This document shows, piece by piece, positions 55,587 through 64,000 of a DNA stretch of 64,000 bases (position 1 is the stretch's first letter; each line of letters opens with the position of its first letter). Origin of the DNA: Longimicrobiales bacterium. Its GTDB lineage: Bacteria > Gemmatimonadota > Gemmatimonadetes > Longimicrobiales > RSA9. Under the pieces are notes generated by a model. It was not told where the DNA came from, searched no databases, and saw only the letters and a list, made by a program, of their open reading frames with translations. The position numbers and the translations under genes are program-made. The DNA is taken from positions 39,790-103,789 of the forward strand of contig DATKBW010000049.1 in NCBI GenBank assembly GCA_035513575.1, read 5' to 3'.

Positions 55587-56004
55587 CGCGCGGCGGCGTC
55601 CATCCGGACCAACGCGGCGCGCCGGTAGCCCTCTGAGCGAGGATCTCGACGCCCACCGCTTCGAGCTGGACGGCTTCGAGATTCTCGTTGGTCGTACCGC
55701 CCGCGAGAACGATCGCCTTTCCCTGCGCGTCGCGCGGCCGCGGGACCTGTGGCTGCACGCCGCCGGTCACGCGGGGAGTCACGTGGTGGTCCGCGCCCTG
55801 GAAGGGCCCACCGGGGACGTGCCGAAGCACGTGGTGGAGCGCGCCGCGGGACTGGCCGCGTGGTATTCGAAGGCCCGGGAGGCAGGTGGCAAGGTGTCGG
55901 TCCATGTCTGCCGTGCTGCCGACGTCAGCAAGCCGCGGGGGGCGCCGGCGGGGCAGGTCCGGCTGAAGCGCCATGACACGGTGCGGGTCTACGCGCGGGG
56001 GTAG
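55534..56004 (+). CDS. NFACT-R / DUF814 domain protein
   Basis: FEILVGRTARENDRLSLRVARPRDLWLHAAGHAGSHVVVR...AAWYSKAR...VSVHV pattern of the DUF814 RNA-binding domain. Start uncertain (the ATG at 55534 overlaps the previous gene by 53 nt; no other canonical start before the domain). Confidence 0.65.
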   Translation: MSGSRRAGSASGRWRRADARRRPSGPTRRAGSPLSEDLDAHRFELDGFEILVGRTARENDRLSLRVARPRDLWLHAAGHAGSHVVVRALEGPTGDVPKHVVERAAGLAAWYSKAREAGGKVSVHVCRAADVSKPRGAPAGQVRLKRHDTVRVYARG

Positions 56005-56028
56005 CCCGTCGGGGAGCTCGTCCCGGCT

Positions 56029-58143
56029 TCAGCTCGGCTTGCCGCTCCGCTCCACGGGGAGCTCCTCGTCCAGGAGGGCGCCGGCCGCCTTCTCGTCGAG
56101 GGGGGTCGAGAAGAGGAACCCCTGGACGGAGCTCGGCCCGAGCTTGCGCAGCCGCTCCAGCTGCTGTTCGGTCTCCACGCCCTCCGCGACCGCCTGCATT
56201 CCCAGGTTGCGGGCCAGGGCGACGATCGTCTCCACCACGTCGGGATCGCCGCCTTCCGACATCCTCGCGATGAAGCTCCGATCGATCTTCAGCGTGTCGA
56301 TGGGGAAGTTGTGGAGGTAGTTCAGGGCGGAGTAGCCGGTGCCGAAATCGTCGATGCACAGGCTGACGCCCAGCTCCCGGAGCTGCCGGAGCATCCGTAC
56401 GGCGAGCTCCGGGTTGTGCATCACCACGCTCTCGGTGATCTCGAGACGAAGGCACCGGCCCGGTAGTCCCGTGTTCTCCAGGACATCGGCCACGGTCGCC
56501 ACCACGTCGCCGTGGGTGAACTGTCGCGGCGAGAGGTTCACGGAGACGAACAGGTCCCGTCGCGTCGGATCCCGCTCCTGCCAGACGCGAAGCTGCCGGG
56601 CGGCGGCACCGAGCACCCACTCCCCCAGGGGCACGATCAGCCCCGTCTCCTCCGTGATGGGGAGGAACGCCTGCGGCGCGAGCAGCCCGCGGCTGGGGTG
56701 CTGCCAGCGGACCAGCGCTTCGAAGCCCACCAGGCGGCCGGTGGGCAGGTCCATCACGGGTTGATAATGAACCACGAACTCCCGCCGCTCCAGCGAGAGA
56801 CGGAGGTCCGTTTCGAGCTGTAGCAGCGTGACCGCGTGGACGTGCATGGCCTCATCGAAGATCTGGTAGCGCGCCGGACCGAGTTCCTTCGCGCGGTACA
56901 TCGCCGTGTCCGCGTCCCGCAGCACGTCCTCCGCCTCCTCCACGTCCCCGCCACCGAACGTGATCCCGATGCTGGCGGAGGTGAAGACGTCATGCCCCCT
57001 CAGCCGGAACGGCTTCCGGAGCCGCTCCTGGATGCGCTCGGCCACGTGGGTCGGGTCGGCCGCGTCGGCCACGCCGTCCAGCAGGATCGCGAATTCATCC
57101 CCTCCGATTCGCGCGACGGTGTCCTCCTCCCGCACTTCCGACTGGAGCAGCCGGGCGAACTGGCGGAGCAGCTCGTCGCCGACGAGGTGCCCCAGGCTGT
57201 CATTCACCACCTTGAAGCGGTCCAGGTCCAGGAACAGCACCGCCAGGCTCCGATCCTCGCCCCGCCGCCGGCGCGCCACCGCCCGGCCGAGCCGGTCCAT
57301 GAAGAGAGCGCGGTTCGGAAGCTGGGTCAGGGTGTCATGGAACGCGTCGTGGGCGAGCTTGTCCTCCACCTTCTTGCGCCCCGTGATGTCGTGGATGATC
57401 CCCTGGTAGCCGGCGACCTCCCCGCCCGTCTCGTGGCGCACCCACGCGCTGATCAGACACCAGCGATCCTCGCCGCTGCGGCGCCGCAGCCTGGCTTCGA
57501 AGTCGCGTATGTGACCCCCCTCCTCGAGCTCGCGCGCGAAGCGCTGCCCCTCATCAGCTTCCACGAAGATCGCGGTGACCGGACGGCCGATCAGCTCGTC
57601 CCCGTCATGGCCCAGGAGGTCCAGCGCCGCCCCGTTCAGGTCGGTGACCTCACCGTTCCGGTCGGTCATGTAGATGGCGTCACGGGACTGCTCGAAGAGG
57701 CTGCGGTAGCGCTGTTCGCTCTCCGTCAGCGCGTGCTCCGTCCGCTCCCGGCGCCGCTCGGCGCGGGCCCGCTCCACCGCATACCGCACGGCGCGCGTGA
57801 CGGCGGTGTGGTAGAGCTCGCCCTTCAGGAGGTACTCGGCGCAGCCGGCCCGGACGGCCTTGAGGGCGGTGGCCTCGTCGGCCGGATCCGCCAGCGCGAT
57901 CACGGGGACGTCCTCCGCGTGGCTGCGGGCGACGGCCACAGCCCCGAGGCCGCGGCTCTCGGCGAGGTCGAGCTCGAGGATCAGGAGGTCGTAGGCGCCC
58001 GAGTCCAGCGCGGTCATCGCTTCCCGTGTGCTCGGCGCCTCCGTCAGCGTGTAGCCCTCATCCCGCGGAAGGCCCGCGCGAAGACTCCGCAGGCTGGCCG
58101 GATCGCGAACCGAGGCCAGAACCCGGATCAGCACTCCTGTCAT
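56029..58143 (-). CDS. Receiver-like domain - PAS - GGDEF - EAL signalling protein
   Basis: 704 aa from ATG 58143. PAS (YRSLFEQSRDAIYMTD), intact GGDEF (RIGGDEFAIL), intact EAL (GFEALVRW, DDFGTGYS). The N-terminal CheY-like domain has degenerate phospho-site residues. Confidence 0.9.
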   Translation of the reverse strand: MTGVLIRVLASVRDPASLRSLRAGLPRDEGYTLTEAPSTREAMTALDSGAYDLLILELDLAESRGLGAVAVARSHAEDVPVIALADPADEATALKAVRAGCAEYLLKGELYHTAVTRAVRYAVERARAERRRERTEHALTESEQRYRSLFEQSRDAIYMTDRNGEVTDLNGAALDLLGHDGDELIGRPVTAIFVEADEGQRFARELEEGGHIRDFEARLRRRSGEDRWCLISAWVRHETGGEVAGYQGIIHDITGRKKVEDKLAHDAFHDTLTQLPNRALFMDRLGRAVARRRRGEDRSLAVLFLDLDRFKVVNDSLGHLVGDELLRQFARLLQSEVREEDTVARIGGDEFAILLDGVADAADPTHVAERIQERLRKPFRLRGHDVFTSASIGITFGGGDVEEAEDVLRDADTAMYRAKELGPARYQIFDEAMHVHAVTLLQLETDLRLSLERREFVVHYQPVMDLPTGRLVGFEALVRWQHPSRGLLAPQAFLPITEETGLIVPLGEWVLGAAARQLRVWQERDPTRRDLFVSVNLSPRQFTHGDVVATVADVLENTGLPGRCLRLEITESVVMHNPELAVRMLRQLRELGVSLCIDDFGTGYSALNYLHNFPIDTLKIDRSFIARMSEGGDPDVVETIVALARNLGMQAVAEGVETEQQLERLRKLGPSSVQGFLFSTPLDEKAAGALLDEELPVERSGKPS

Positions 58144-58304
58144 GAACTCGCCCTCTCCCGGGGCGGCGGCTGGAAACGCGCAGCCCGATCGGGCTGCGTG
58201 GGCGCAAAAGGAGGGCCAGCGGCACCCACCCTGGCTCGTGCTGGCGCGTCCGCCAGCCGGCCCCGTAGCTTGGGCTTCCGATCCCCATTCTCGCTGGAGA
58301 ACGC

Positions 58305-60116
58305 TTGAGAGCTCGCCTGCTGCTGACGCTCGGGGCGCTGCTCGCCGCGGCGTGCGGCGCCCCGCCCGAGCCGCGCCCCCCCGTGAACGAGCCGCTCGAC
58401 GCGCTCCGACCCAGCGCCGGGGAGGTGAGCCGCGCGGCCGAGCAGTTTGCGACCCTCGCGACCGCGTTTCTGGCATGGTACCACGAAGCGTACCCGGTCC
58501 GCGCCACGAACCTCGGCCTCCACGCCTGGGACGGGACACTTCCCGCGTACGACCGCGCGGCGATCCAGCGCCGGATCGACGACCTGCTGGACTGGCTGGC
58601 GCAGCTCGACAGGGTGCCGCTCTCGCTGCTCGAGGACTCGAACCGCCACGACTACGCCGTGCTCGAATTCGCCATCCGCGCGGAGCTTCTCTCCCTCGAA
58701 GAGATCCGCCCCTGGGCGAACGATCCGCGCCACTACACCGGCCTCGTCGCGGACGGGATCGCGTCGGTGGCGGCTCGCGGCTACGCGCCGATCGAGACGC
58801 GGGTCGCGGCCATTGCCTCCCGGATGGGGGAGGCGATCCCCCTTCTGCGGGCCGCGCGCGTGAACCTCCGCGCACCGCCCCGGATCTGGACCGAGCTGGC
58901 CCTCGCCGACATGCGGGGGCTCCTGGGATATCTCCGCGACGACCTCCCCGTGGCGCTGGCCGTTCAGGGCGGCGGCAAGCGGGCGGCGGCCACCCTGGCC
59001 CGGCCCACCGCAGATCTGATCGCCGCTCTCGAGTCCCACGCGGAGTGGCTCGAGGGCGACCTGCTCCCCCGGGCCACGGGGGACTTCCGCCTGGGACCGT
59101 ACCAGCTCCAGCGGAAGCTCCTCTACGAGGAGCATATCGACATGACGGTGGACGAGTTGGAGCGTCTGAACGACGAGAAGATCGTGGACTACCAGGCGCG
59201 GGTGGCCGTGGTCGCCGCGGAGATCGATCCGACCCGGTCCCCGCGGGCGATCATGGACTCGATCACCCGCCTCCACCCGCCGCCGGAGGATCTCCTGCCG
59301 ACGGCCCGCGCGATGATGCTCGAGGCCCGGGAGTGGGTGCGGGAAACGGGGGTGGTGAGTCTGCCCACCCCGGAGGTGCCCGAGGTGGTGGAAACCCCTC
59401 CCTACGCCCGCGGCGGCTTCGCATCTATGGACGCCCCCGGGCCGTTCTCCGAACCGGGCCTCGAGGCGTTCTACCGTATCACCAACGTCGATCCTGACTG
59501 GACGGCGGAGCAGAAGCGGCAGCACCTCTCGTACTTCAACTACGCCGGGCTCCTGGGCGTGACGGTCCACGAGACGTTCCCCGGCCACTTCCTTCAGCTC
59601 GCCTTCATGCGGCGCGTGGACAGCCGGATCCGGAAGACCTTCGCGCCTCGCTCGCTGACCGAGGGGTGGGCGCACTACGCGGAGCAGCTCGTCCTGGACG
59701 AGGGGTTCCGGGACGGGAGCGCCGCGGTGCGGCTCGGGCAGCTCCGCCGCGCTCTCCAGCGTCACGCCCGCTGGTATGCCGCGCTCCACCTGCACGCGTT
59801 CGGCGAGACCGTGGAGGAGGTGATCCCGAGGTACATGGAGATCGCCTACTTCGACGAGTTCCCCGCGCGCCGGGAGGTGATCCGGGCGACGTACGACCCG
59901 ACGTACCTGTACTACGCCCTGGGCCGGATCCAGATCCTGGAGCTGCGCGATGACTTCAGGGCCAGGGTGGAGGAGCACGGCCAGGCTTTCTCCCTCAGGG
60001 ATTTCCATGACCGCTTCCTCGCCCTCGGCCTGCCGATCTCCCTCGCCGCCGAGGCGCTGCTGAACCCGCCCCGCGCACCGCGCCTCGATCCCCGCTCACC
60101 CCGACGACGACCCTGA
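58305..60116 (+). CDS. DUF885-family lipoprotein (putative metallopeptidase-like)
   Basis: TTG start giving (M)RARLLLTLGALLAAAC lipobox. VHETFPGHFLQ motif and a length typical of DUF885 (from memory). Confidence 0.7.
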   Translation: MRARLLLTLGALLAAACGAPPEPRPPVNEPLDALRPSAGEVSRAAEQFATLATAFLAWYHEAYPVRATNLGLHAWDGTLPAYDRAAIQRRIDDLLDWLAQLDRVPLSLLEDSNRHDYAVLEFAIRAELLSLEEIRPWANDPRHYTGLVADGIASVAARGYAPIETRVAAIASRMGEAIPLLRAARVNLRAPPRIWTELALADMRGLLGYLRDDLPVALAVQGGGKRAAATLARPTADLIAALESHAEWLEGDLLPRATGDFRLGPYQLQRKLLYEEHIDMTVDELERLNDEKIVDYQARVAVVAAEIDPTRSPRAIMDSITRLHPPPEDLLPTARAMMLEAREWVRETGVVSLPTPEVPEVVETPPYARGGFASMDAPGPFSEPGLEAFYRITNVDPDWTAEQKRQHLSYFNYAGLLGVTVHETFPGHFLQLAFMRRVDSRIRKTFAPRSLTEGWAHYAEQLVLDEGFRDGSAAVRLGQLRRALQRHARWYAALHLHAFGETVEEVIPRYMEIAYFDEFPARREVIRATYDPTYLYYALGRIQILELRDDFRARVEEHGQAFSLRDFHDRFLALGLPISLAAEALLNPPRAPRLDPRSPRRRP

Positions 60117-61114
60117 TGGCCGAGACGCGCAGACCGACCGTCGCCGCCGCCGAGGAGATCCTCGGCGGCTACTTCCCCGTCCTCGACCACGGCTTCGTGG
60201 CCCTCGTGGACTACATGGGATCCGATGAGGACATCGAGCGCGCCGCCCGGGTGAGCTACGGGTTCGGTACGCGCAAGGTGAGCCAGACCCGCGGGCTCAT
60301 CCGGTACCTGAGACGACACCGCCACACGACGCCCAGCGAGATGGTGGAGCTGAAGTTCCACGTCTGCATGCCCATTTTCGTGGCGCGGCAGTGGATCCGG
60401 CACAGGACGGCCAACGTGAACGAGTACAGCGGCCGCTATTCGCTGATGCCGCTCCTCTTCTACACCCCCGATCGATGGCACTTCGCGCTCCAGAGCGAGG
60501 ACAACAAGCAGGGGCGTCGCACGGACGAGGCGGATCCGGGGCTGTACGCCGAGGCGGTCTCGCGCTGGGAGGCGCTGCGGAAGGAGGCGGGGGACGGGTA
60601 CGGATGGCTGGTGGAGAACGAGGTGGCCCGCGAGCTCGCCCGCATCGACCTCCCGCTCTCGACCTACACCCAGTGGTACTGGAAGATCGACCTGCACAAC
60701 CTCATCCATTTCCTCGCCCTCCGGGTCGACCCCCACGCCCAGTACGAGATCCGTGCGTTCGCCGAAGTGATGGCCGGGATCCTGAAGCGCGTGGCGCCCC
60801 TCTCGTACGAGGCGTGGGTCGACTACGAGTTCGCCGGGGCCACGCTGTCCCGCGGCGAGGTCGAGGCGCTGCGGCGGCTCGTCGAGGTCCGCCGCGGGGA
60901 GGACGGCGTCGCCCTGTCCGCCCGGGCGGGCGCGTCGCTGGATCCGGCGGCGCTGAAGGCGGCGGGGCTCAGCGGCCGAGAGGTCCTCGAGCTCGCGGAG
61001 AAGCTCGAGGAGCGTTCGGTCCCCGATTTCGAGCTCGACCCCGCCCGCATGCGCTCGCCCGAAGAGATGGCGGCGAAGATGGAAGAGGCCGTCCCGAAGC
61101 TGGAGCTGGACTGA
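60116..61114 (+). CDS. thyX: FAD-dependent thymidylate synthase ThyX with a ~90-aa C-terminal extension
   Basis: RHRTANVNEYSGRY (RHRxxSxxxxSxR ThyX motif) and LDHGFVALVDYMG. TGATG overlap with the upstream gene. Confidence 0.92.
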   Translation: MAETRRPTVAAAEEILGGYFPVLDHGFVALVDYMGSDEDIERAARVSYGFGTRKVSQTRGLIRYLRRHRHTTPSEMVELKFHVCMPIFVARQWIRHRTANVNEYSGRYSLMPLLFYTPDRWHFALQSEDNKQGRRTDEADPGLYAEAVSRWEALRKEAGDGYGWLVENEVARELARIDLPLSTYTQWYWKIDLHNLIHFLALRVDPHAQYEIRAFAEVMAGILKRVAPLSYEAWVDYEFAGATLSRGEVEALRRLVEVRRGEDGVALSARAGASLDPAALKAAGLSGREVLELAEKLEERSVPDFELDPARMRSPEEMAAKMEEAVPKLELD

Positions 61115-61156
61115 GGGCCCGGGCGGGTCGGCGGCGGAATGCCACGACCTTCGCCT

Positions 61157-61387
61157 TCACGCCCGGCCCGCCTGCCGATCCCGCCGGGCGAGCCCGCGCC
61201 AGCCGCACCCGGTGCACCAGCGCCACTCGAAACGGGTCATCCGCTCGAGCCAGAGGATGAGCACCGGATCGGTGGGCCGGAAGCACGCGGGACAGCGGCG
61301 GACCGGTCGGACCAGGAGGAGACCCCCGAGGGTGAGGAGCGCAACGCGCAGGACGATGAGGCCCAGGAACGTGAGCGCCGCAACCAT
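61157..61387 (-). CDS. Small membrane protein with a CxxC...CxxC zinc-ribbon-like tail
   Basis: 76 aa. One TM helix, then CPAC...CTGC. Located 3 nt downstream of a similar small gene. Confidence 0.4.
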   Translation of the reverse strand: MVAALTFLGLIVLRVALLTLGGLLLVRPVRRCPACFRPTDPVLILWLERMTRFEWRWCTGCGWRGLARRDRQAGRA

Positions 61388-61390
61388 GGG

Positions 61391-61690
61391 TCAGCCCGGA
61401 GATTCGCTCCCGGCGCCGGTCCATGGCGCCCGGCAATGGCGGCACGCCTCCTCACGCTTGTTGAAGTACCAGAGCGTGTAGATCAGGGCGGCGAGGAAGA
61501 CGGCGGCAGTGGGGTAGATGAGCCAGGTCGCCTGGGCCACCATGCCGATCGCCCACAGCGCGGCGGCGGCGGCCCACAGCAGCAACGCGAGCCAGCCGGG
61601 CCCAGGCCCCACCCTGATCGGCGAATCCACCTTCCCGCACCGGACGCACGCGGCACCCGCACCGGGCGCGTTGTTCACTGGCGTGTTCAT
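61391..61690 (-). CDS. Small membrane protein with CxxC - 2 TM - CxxC (LITAF-like layout)
   Basis: 99 aa. CVRC, two hydrophobic helices, then CRHC. Confidence 0.45.
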   Translation of the reverse strand: MNTPVNNAPGAGAACVRCGKVDSPIRVGPGPGWLALLLWAAAAALWAIGMVAQATWLIYPTAAVFLAALIYTLWYFNKREEACRHCRAPWTGAGSESPG

Positions 61691-61735
61691 GGCTACTCTA
61701 TCCTGGGGAAGAACCGTTCCACCCGGAGGTGCACC

Positions 61736-61936
61736 GTGTCACTCGTTTCCTTCCACCGGGCCCTGATCCTCACCGCGATCGTCTTCTGTCTCGGCTTCGC
61801 CGGGTGGGAGCTGCAGGCGTACCGGACCGCCGGTGATTCCGGCGCGCTCCTGCTGAGCGCCGTCTTCGGCCTGCTCGGCATCGGACTATCCGTCTACCTG
61901 GCGCGGCTCGCCGCCTTCCTCAAGCTCGACGACTAG
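61736..61936 (+). CDS. Small two-TM membrane protein
   Basis: GTG start 6 nt after GGAGG. (M)SLVSFHRALILTAIVFCLGFAGWE...LLLSAVFGLLGIGLSVYLARL. The rest of track ORF 61139..61936 is Arg/Pro-rich junk. Confidence 0.45.
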   Translation: MSLVSFHRALILTAIVFCLGFAGWELQAYRTAGDSGALLLSAVFGLLGIGLSVYLARLAAFLKLDD

Positions 61937-63045
61937 GCGCCGGGACCGCCGCGGTACCCTCCGGCCTGGCCGATCGGGCCGACGCCGCCGGCCGGCGCCG
62001 CGCCGCCGCCCGCCGTCTGACCGGGCGCGCCCTCGCCCCGGTCGGACCGGTCACGCTCGACGTTCCGCTCCAGCTCCGGATCACGCAACGCGGCCGCCAG
62101 CGCCGGGTGCCGTCGCCACAGGTACCCGCCCATGGCCGCTGCCGCCAGCAGGTTGCCCACCGCGATGCTCCACCACGGGATCAGCTCCAGGAGCCACTGG
62201 GCGACCACGGTGAGCAGCCCGATGAAGAACGTCTCCAGCGTCACGAACAGCAGCACGGCGCCCAGAAGCACGTAGGCGTGGCGGTCCTCGGCGAACGCCA
62301 CGATCCCCGCTGCCACGAAGCCGGTCACGAGAAACGCGGCGATGTGCAGCGCCGTGTATCCGAGCACGGTCACGCCGTTCACTTCCACCGCGGCGGCGTT
62401 GGTCGCGCCGGCCAGGATGACGCTCCCGAGCGCCGCGGGCGTGAAGAACAGCCGCCCGCCGATGAGGTCGATGAGAAGGAACCACCCGGCCACGACCGCG
62501 GCGCCGATCAGCCCCACGACCAGGCCCTCGCGCACCACCTGGTTGCGCCGCAGGACCTCGGCCCAGCTCACGTACGGGTGCGGGCTGAGCAGGAGGATGA
62601 CCCCGACCAGCGTGACACCGGCGATGGCGTTGCCCACCAGGACGGAGGTCCAGCCGAGGTAGCCGACCACGTCCGTTCCCGTCAGCCACAGGCTGCCGTA
62701 AAAGAGCAGGTCGAAGAGCAGGAAGCCGAGTATCAGCCCCAGCAGCAGCCCCGGAAGCACGCGGAACCGGTTCATGAGCCAGGCTACGGCGGCGCCCACC
62801 GCCATGAACGCCGCGTAATGCAGGATCGTGTAGATCGCGATCTGAGCGGCGTCCAGGGTCCGCTCATCGCCGCCCAGGACGACGCGCGCCAGGAAGGCCG
62901 GCGTGTGGAAGGCCCGCCCGGCCAGTCCGTCGATCACGAAAAACCAGAGGGCCAGGACCGTGGCCGCCGCGACTCCCGCGATCAGGCCGCGCCGGATCGG
63001 CGTGTGAGCCGTGCCGGCGGGCTTCGCGGCTGCGGGGTCGTTCAT
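61933..63045 (-). CDS. Polytopic membrane protein with internal duplication and a Gly/Pro-rich tail, co-oriented with the cox genes
   Basis: 370 aa. The two halves resemble each other (LIAGVAAATVLALWFFVIDGLAGRAFHTPAFLARVVLGG versus LVVGLIGAAVVAGWFLLIDLIGGRLFFTPAALGSVILAG). Starts 11 nt after the coxIV-like stop. Confidence 0.65.
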   Translation of the reverse strand: MNDPAAAKPAGTAHTPIRRGLIAGVAAATVLALWFFVIDGLAGRAFHTPAFLARVVLGGDERTLDAAQIAIYTILHYAAFMAVGAAVAWLMNRFRVLPGLLLGLILGFLLFDLLFYGSLWLTGTDVVGYLGWTSVLVGNAIAGVTLVGVILLLSPHPYVSWAEVLRRNQVVREGLVVGLIGAAVVAGWFLLIDLIGGRLFFTPAALGSVILAGATNAAAVEVNGVTVLGYTALHIAAFLVTGFVAAGIVAFAEDRHAYVLLGAVLLFVTLETFFIGLLTVVAQWLLELIPWWSIAVGNLLAAAAMGGYLWRRHPALAAALRDPELERNVERDRSDRGEGAPGQTAGGGAAPAGGVGPIGQAGGYRGGPGA

Positions 63046-63056
63046 GCCGGCCTCCT

Positions 63057-63350
63057 TCAGAACTCGGTGAGTACCGCCAGGACCAGGATCAGCGCGAGCG
63101 GGAGCGGGGCGATCACCATCAGGACGAGGCGCGGCGGCTCGTAGCGCAGGTGCATGTAGTAGAGCGCGACCAGCACCGCCTTCCAGATCGCCAGGCCCAC
63201 CAGGACGATGATGGTCGTGACGCGCCCGAGGCCCACGAAGGCGATGCCGACCTCTATCACGGTCAGCACCGCCAGGCCGAAGAACACGGCCATGTAGTTC
63301 GGCTTCCTGTGGCTCGACTCGCTGACGACGTTGGCTGGGTTCATGGTCAT
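63057..63350 (-). CDS. Cytochrome c oxidase subunit IV-like small membrane protein (bacterial type)
   Basis: 97 aa from the internal ATG (MTMNPANVV...). Three hydrophobic helices. ATGA overlap with the subunit III stop. Confidence 0.7.
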   Translation of the reverse strand: MTMNPANVVSESSHRKPNYMAVFFGLAVLTVIEVGIAFVGLGRVTTIIVLVGLAIWKAVLVALYYMHLRYEPPRLVLMVIAPLPLALILVLAVLTEF

Positions 63351-63973
63351 ATCAGGTAAACGATGGTGAAGAGTATGATCCAGACCAGGTCGACGAAATG
63401 CCAGTACAGCCCCATGACCTCGACCCCGCCATGGCTCTCGCGCGTGTACTTCCCCATGAAGGCCCGGACCGTGATCCAGATGAGAGCAAGGACGCCCAGA
63501 GTGACATGGGCCCCGTGGAAGCCGGTCATGGTGTAGAACGTGGCGCCGTAGAGCGGCTCGCCCTCGGCCGCGTAGCCGGCGGCATACGGCACGAACCCGT
63601 GGGAGACGAGCTTGACGTACTCGTACGCCTGGACGCTCAGAAAGCCGATCCCCATGGCCACCGTGGCGAGCAGCCACCGGCGAAGCCCTTGCTGGTCACC
63701 GTGCTCGATGGCCGCGAACGCCTTCACCATGGTCACGGACGAGCAGATCAGGAGGAAGGTATTGAACGCCGTGAGCCCTACGTTCAGCACGACCCCGGGG
63801 GCGGCGAACGCTTCCGGCCGGGCGGCGCGCAGGATGATGTAGGACCCGATGAGCGAGGTGAAGAACATCACCTCGCTCAGCAGGAACACCCACATTCCGA
63901 GCTTGAGGTTGGGGACGCCCATCCCCGGCTCGGCGGGGCCATGATCCAGGGCGAGGGCGGCGCTATGATCCAT
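63347..63973 (-). CDS. ctaE: Cytochrome c oxidase subunit III
   Basis: 208 aa. LGMWVFLLSEVMFFTSL, FYTMTGFHGAHVTLG, LYWHFVDLVWI: classic subunit III motifs. GGAGGAG SD upstream. Confidence 0.93.
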   Translation of the reverse strand: MDHSAALALDHGPAEPGMGVPNLKLGMWVFLLSEVMFFTSLIGSYIILRAARPEAFAAPGVVLNVGLTAFNTFLLICSSVTMVKAFAAIEHGDQQGLRRWLLATVAMGIGFLSVQAYEYVKLVSHGFVPYAAGYAAEGEPLYGATFYTMTGFHGAHVTLGVLALIWITVRAFMGKYTRESHGGVEVMGLYWHFVDLVWIILFTIVYLI

Positions 63974-64000
63974 GGTCTCTCCTCCTCGCCTAGCGGGACG

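Noticed and set aside
1-64000. rRNA, tRNA, tmRNA, CRISPR arrays, IS elements
   Set aside because: All intergenic gaps are short (mostly under 330 nt). None shows a tRNA-like T-arm or acceptor pattern, spaced direct repeats, or terminal inverted repeats by eye. A covariance-model scan (tRNAscan-SE or Infernal) would be needed to be definitive.

Overview
High-GC (about 70%) bacterial chromosomal segment. The gene content (LVIVD-repeat, DUF5916/CBM9-like, carboxypeptidase-regulatory-like and 6-bladed beta-propeller proteins) suggests a Gemmatimonadota-like organism; this is inference only. I can support about 55 protein-coding genes, mostly housekeeping or metabolic. They include a TPP enzyme, GMC oxidoreductase and glutamate dehydrogenase; nrfHA nitrite reductase; a hybrid histidine kinase; an AddAB-type helicase-nuclease; and SURF1 and Lon. 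Further genes are a PPi-type phosphofructokinase, hutU, clpP, formiminotransferase-cyclodeaminase, an ABC1 kinase, an M50 protease, a NUDIX hydrolase, Hsp20, a GGDEF-EAL protein, thyX and cytochrome oxidase subunits III/IV. I saw no rRNA, tRNA, CRISPR array, transposase or integrase. Many very long ORFs in the track are stop-free antisense or off-frame artefacts of the high GC content. The most interesting region is an insertion of about 4 kb (37.24-41.25 kb) bounded by an imperfect 55-nt direct repeat of the clpP 3' end, with a GC trough of about 50% by hand count. It carries a frameshifted AraC-like regulator divergent from a tightly packed four-gene cassette. The cassette encodes a 6-bladed beta-propeller, a membrane-anchored thioredoxin-fold-like protein without CxxC, a 70-aa signal/leader-bearing peptide with 8 Cys in its last 32 residues, and a CarbopepD_reg+plug-like protein. 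No known RiPP maturase or exporter is present. Other notable points: a head-to-head junction of two 5'-truncated genes (deletion scar or misassembly) at about 4.92 kb, an NrfA with CxxCH instead of CxxCK at heme 1, a 31-nt motif shared by two unrelated intergenic regions, a 77-aa acidic insertion in Lon, and a degenerate receiver domain on the GGDEF-EAL protein. All family assignments come from reading the translations; no searches were run.
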